Shown here: positions 62,612 through 64,000 of the stretch, piece after piece
Layout of the letters: the number at the start of each line of letters is the position of its first letter
Position numbering within the stretch: position 1 is the first letter of the stretch
Assembly: GCA_046758445.1 (NCBI GenBank)
Contig: JBHIAE010000009.1
Span: forward strand, 1-64,000
Origin: Candidatus Thorarchaeota archaeon
Lineage (GTDB): Archaea > Asgardarchaeota > Thorarchaeia > Thorarchaeales > Thorarchaeaceae
Direction: 5' to 3'
Length of the DNA stretch: 64,000 nt
Made by a program: the position numbers and the translations under genes
The notes under the pieces: generated by a model
The model's database searches: none
The model's input: the letters and a program-made list of their open reading frames with translations, nothing else
Told to the model about the DNA's origin: nothing

Positions 62612-63136
62612 CTATCTTCTTCTGGCAACCATGACCACCACCATTACTAATCCAAGAGCAATGACCACTCCTGCTATGAGAAGCGTGGTCGGGAAGAAGT
62701 CAAGTTCTCCGTTCGTTCTGCCACCGTTGGTGGTCGTAGTTGTCGTTGTTGTTTCTGTTGCGGGCTCAGACACCGTAAGGGTCCGTTGGTTAATGCCGCC
62801 AAGTACGCATTCGGCCCACACCCTCAGCACATCACCATCAGTCGCAGCAACTACAAACGTGTCACTTGCAGTGAAGCTACTCTCTTGATTAGTATAGAGA
62901 GATGAAGTGAATTTGACGTCATTCTTGAATACGGTAATGTTCTCAATGTAGTGTGAGTTAGGATCTCCAACAGTGTGTGAGATTGTCACAGTAAGCTCTT
63001 GTGAATTCCAGTCATACAGAAGTGTCATGTTCGAGGGTGCATGGGCCGTCACAGGTGCTGGAGCCATTGTGGCAGCGATGAATACAACGATCGCAGTAAT
63101 CACAAAGACCCTAGAAGCTGAAAGTCGTCTACTCAT
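62612..63136 (-). CDS. Surface-anchored desulfoferrodoxin/SOR-like metal-binding protein
   Basis: Signal peptide ending VTA|HAP; 'SHTVGDPNSHYIENI'; 'WAEC..GG'; poly-Thr linker, TM and RRR. Confidence 0.65.
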   Translation of the reverse strand: MSRRLSASRVFVITAIVVFIAATMAPAPVTAHAPSNMTLLYDWNSQELTVTISHTVGDPNSHYIENITVFKNDVKFTSSLYTNQESSFTASDTFVVAATDGDVLRVWAECVLGGINQRTLTVSEPATETTTTTTTTNGGRTNGELDFFPTTLLIAGVVIALGLVMVVVMVARRR

Positions 63137-63287
63137 GATCTCCAGTCCTCACTTATTGTGCAGTTCTTTCTGAGGAATGAGAGTGTTCGGAAAGGAAGAA
63201 AGGCCCAGCGGGTGGAAGTGGATGTTGAACTTCCCTCAGCCTTAAGTGCGGACACCTGTAGACATTGTTCTACTCGGGGACAAAACT

Positions 63288-64000
63288 ATGAGTTCGAATA
63301 ATCGTCCTGAAGCTTTTGACTGGCAATTGTATCCACAGGCTGAGAAGCTTCTTCTTCAGAGGCTCGATGAGTTCTTAGCTGCTAGCAGAGTGGCCAGAAA
63401 TCTCTCTGCGAGAATGACAAGTGAAAGCTCAACAAGATTGTTCGATTGGATTGATCACATTGTTCTTCCCAATACTCTCATTGAACCAGAAACCCTGCTG
63501 GAGCTCGGATTCGTGGAGAATCATAACATTGAGAGAATTGAAGGAACGCGGGTCTTTGAGCACAACATGTCGATTCTCTTTCCAGTCCTTGTATCAAAGG
63601 ACGAATCGACCCAAATCGCATTGAAACCCGAAGACCTAGACCGCTTCCTTCAGATGAACGGTCGATACTATGCTTGGCCCGGTGACACTCCAGGCGATGC
63701 TGAGATGTCAAGGGTTCATGACAATGTCGAAGGAACCCCTTACAGTCCCTACCGGCGTGCCCTCGTCAACAAGGAAGGCAGTCACCAAGTGTGGGCTGTA
63801 GAACGGCGTGGCTGGAATGGATATGCCGTTCAGGATGACTGGGCATCTGCCCAACATAGTGACTACGAACTGGTCCTTCGCAAGTTCCTGACACGCCGCA
63901 GGCACTTCAGCAGCGACAGAAGCGGACTCGAAGCAACGCTTGAACTCGTACGGCTAGGCTGCGATGAGATGGCGGAGGAGAGAGTGGCGGACGCGTTCTT
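63288..64000 (+). CDS. Hypothetical protein, truncated by the window end
   Basis: Frame starts at ATG 63288 'MSSNNRPEAFDWQLYPQAEKLL...RLFDWIDH' and appears open to the edge; SD GGGGA upstream. Confidence 0.75.
   Translation, partial: MSSNNRPEAFDWQLYPQAEKLLLQRLDEFLAASRVARNLSARMTSESSTRLFDWIDHIVLPNTLIEPETLLELGFVENHNIERIEGTRVFEHNMSILFPVLVSKDESTQIALKPEDLDRFLQMNGRYYAWPGDTPGDAEMSRVHDNVEGTPYSPYRRALVNKEGSHQVWAVERRGWNGYAVQDDWASAQHSDYELVLRKFLTRRRHFSSDRSGLEATLELVRLGCDEMAEERVADAF

Noticed and set aside
1-64000. rRNA, tRNA, CRISPR array, transposase or integrase
   Set aside because: I recognised none by eye; a covariance-model scan would be needed to exclude small or intron-containing RNAs

Overview
A gene-dense archaeal chromosomal segment of roughly balanced GC content, most likely from an Asgard archaeon (Thorarchaeia-like). 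This assignment is an inference from a Rab-like GTPase, an OST5/TMEM258-like protein, an 'IDLSPL'-type LRR protein, a decayed longin-like gene and frequent TTG starts. The first ~48 kb is mostly core genes: an archaea-specific Ski2-like helicase operon, an MFS transporter, a HerA-like ATPase, a RecJ/GAN DHH nuclease, a PRMT-like methyltransferase, nucleotide salvage enzymes, a surface phospholipase D, a ferredoxin and a uvrB-uvrA-uvrA-(TPR)-uvrC cluster with two full-length uvrA genes. The ~49-59 kb stretch is an accessory/decaying zone with pseudogenes, a DUF5678 + retropepsin pair, three histidine kinases and one receiver protein. The strongest leads are: (1) an orphan family-5 peptide-binding protein fused to about 7 TM helices, a receptor-like architecture, next to the signalling cluster; (2) a 26-aa Trp/acidic microprotein missed by the ORF track; (3) a Rab-like GTPase with an apparent ATT start and a polybasic tail, downstream of a 6-TM protein and a HerA-type ATPase; (4) a surface His/Cys metal protein paired with a b561-like membrane protein; (5) tandem divergent UvrA paralogues. 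I recognised no rRNA, tRNA, CRISPR array or transposase. All family assignments come from motif recognition by eye, not from database searches.
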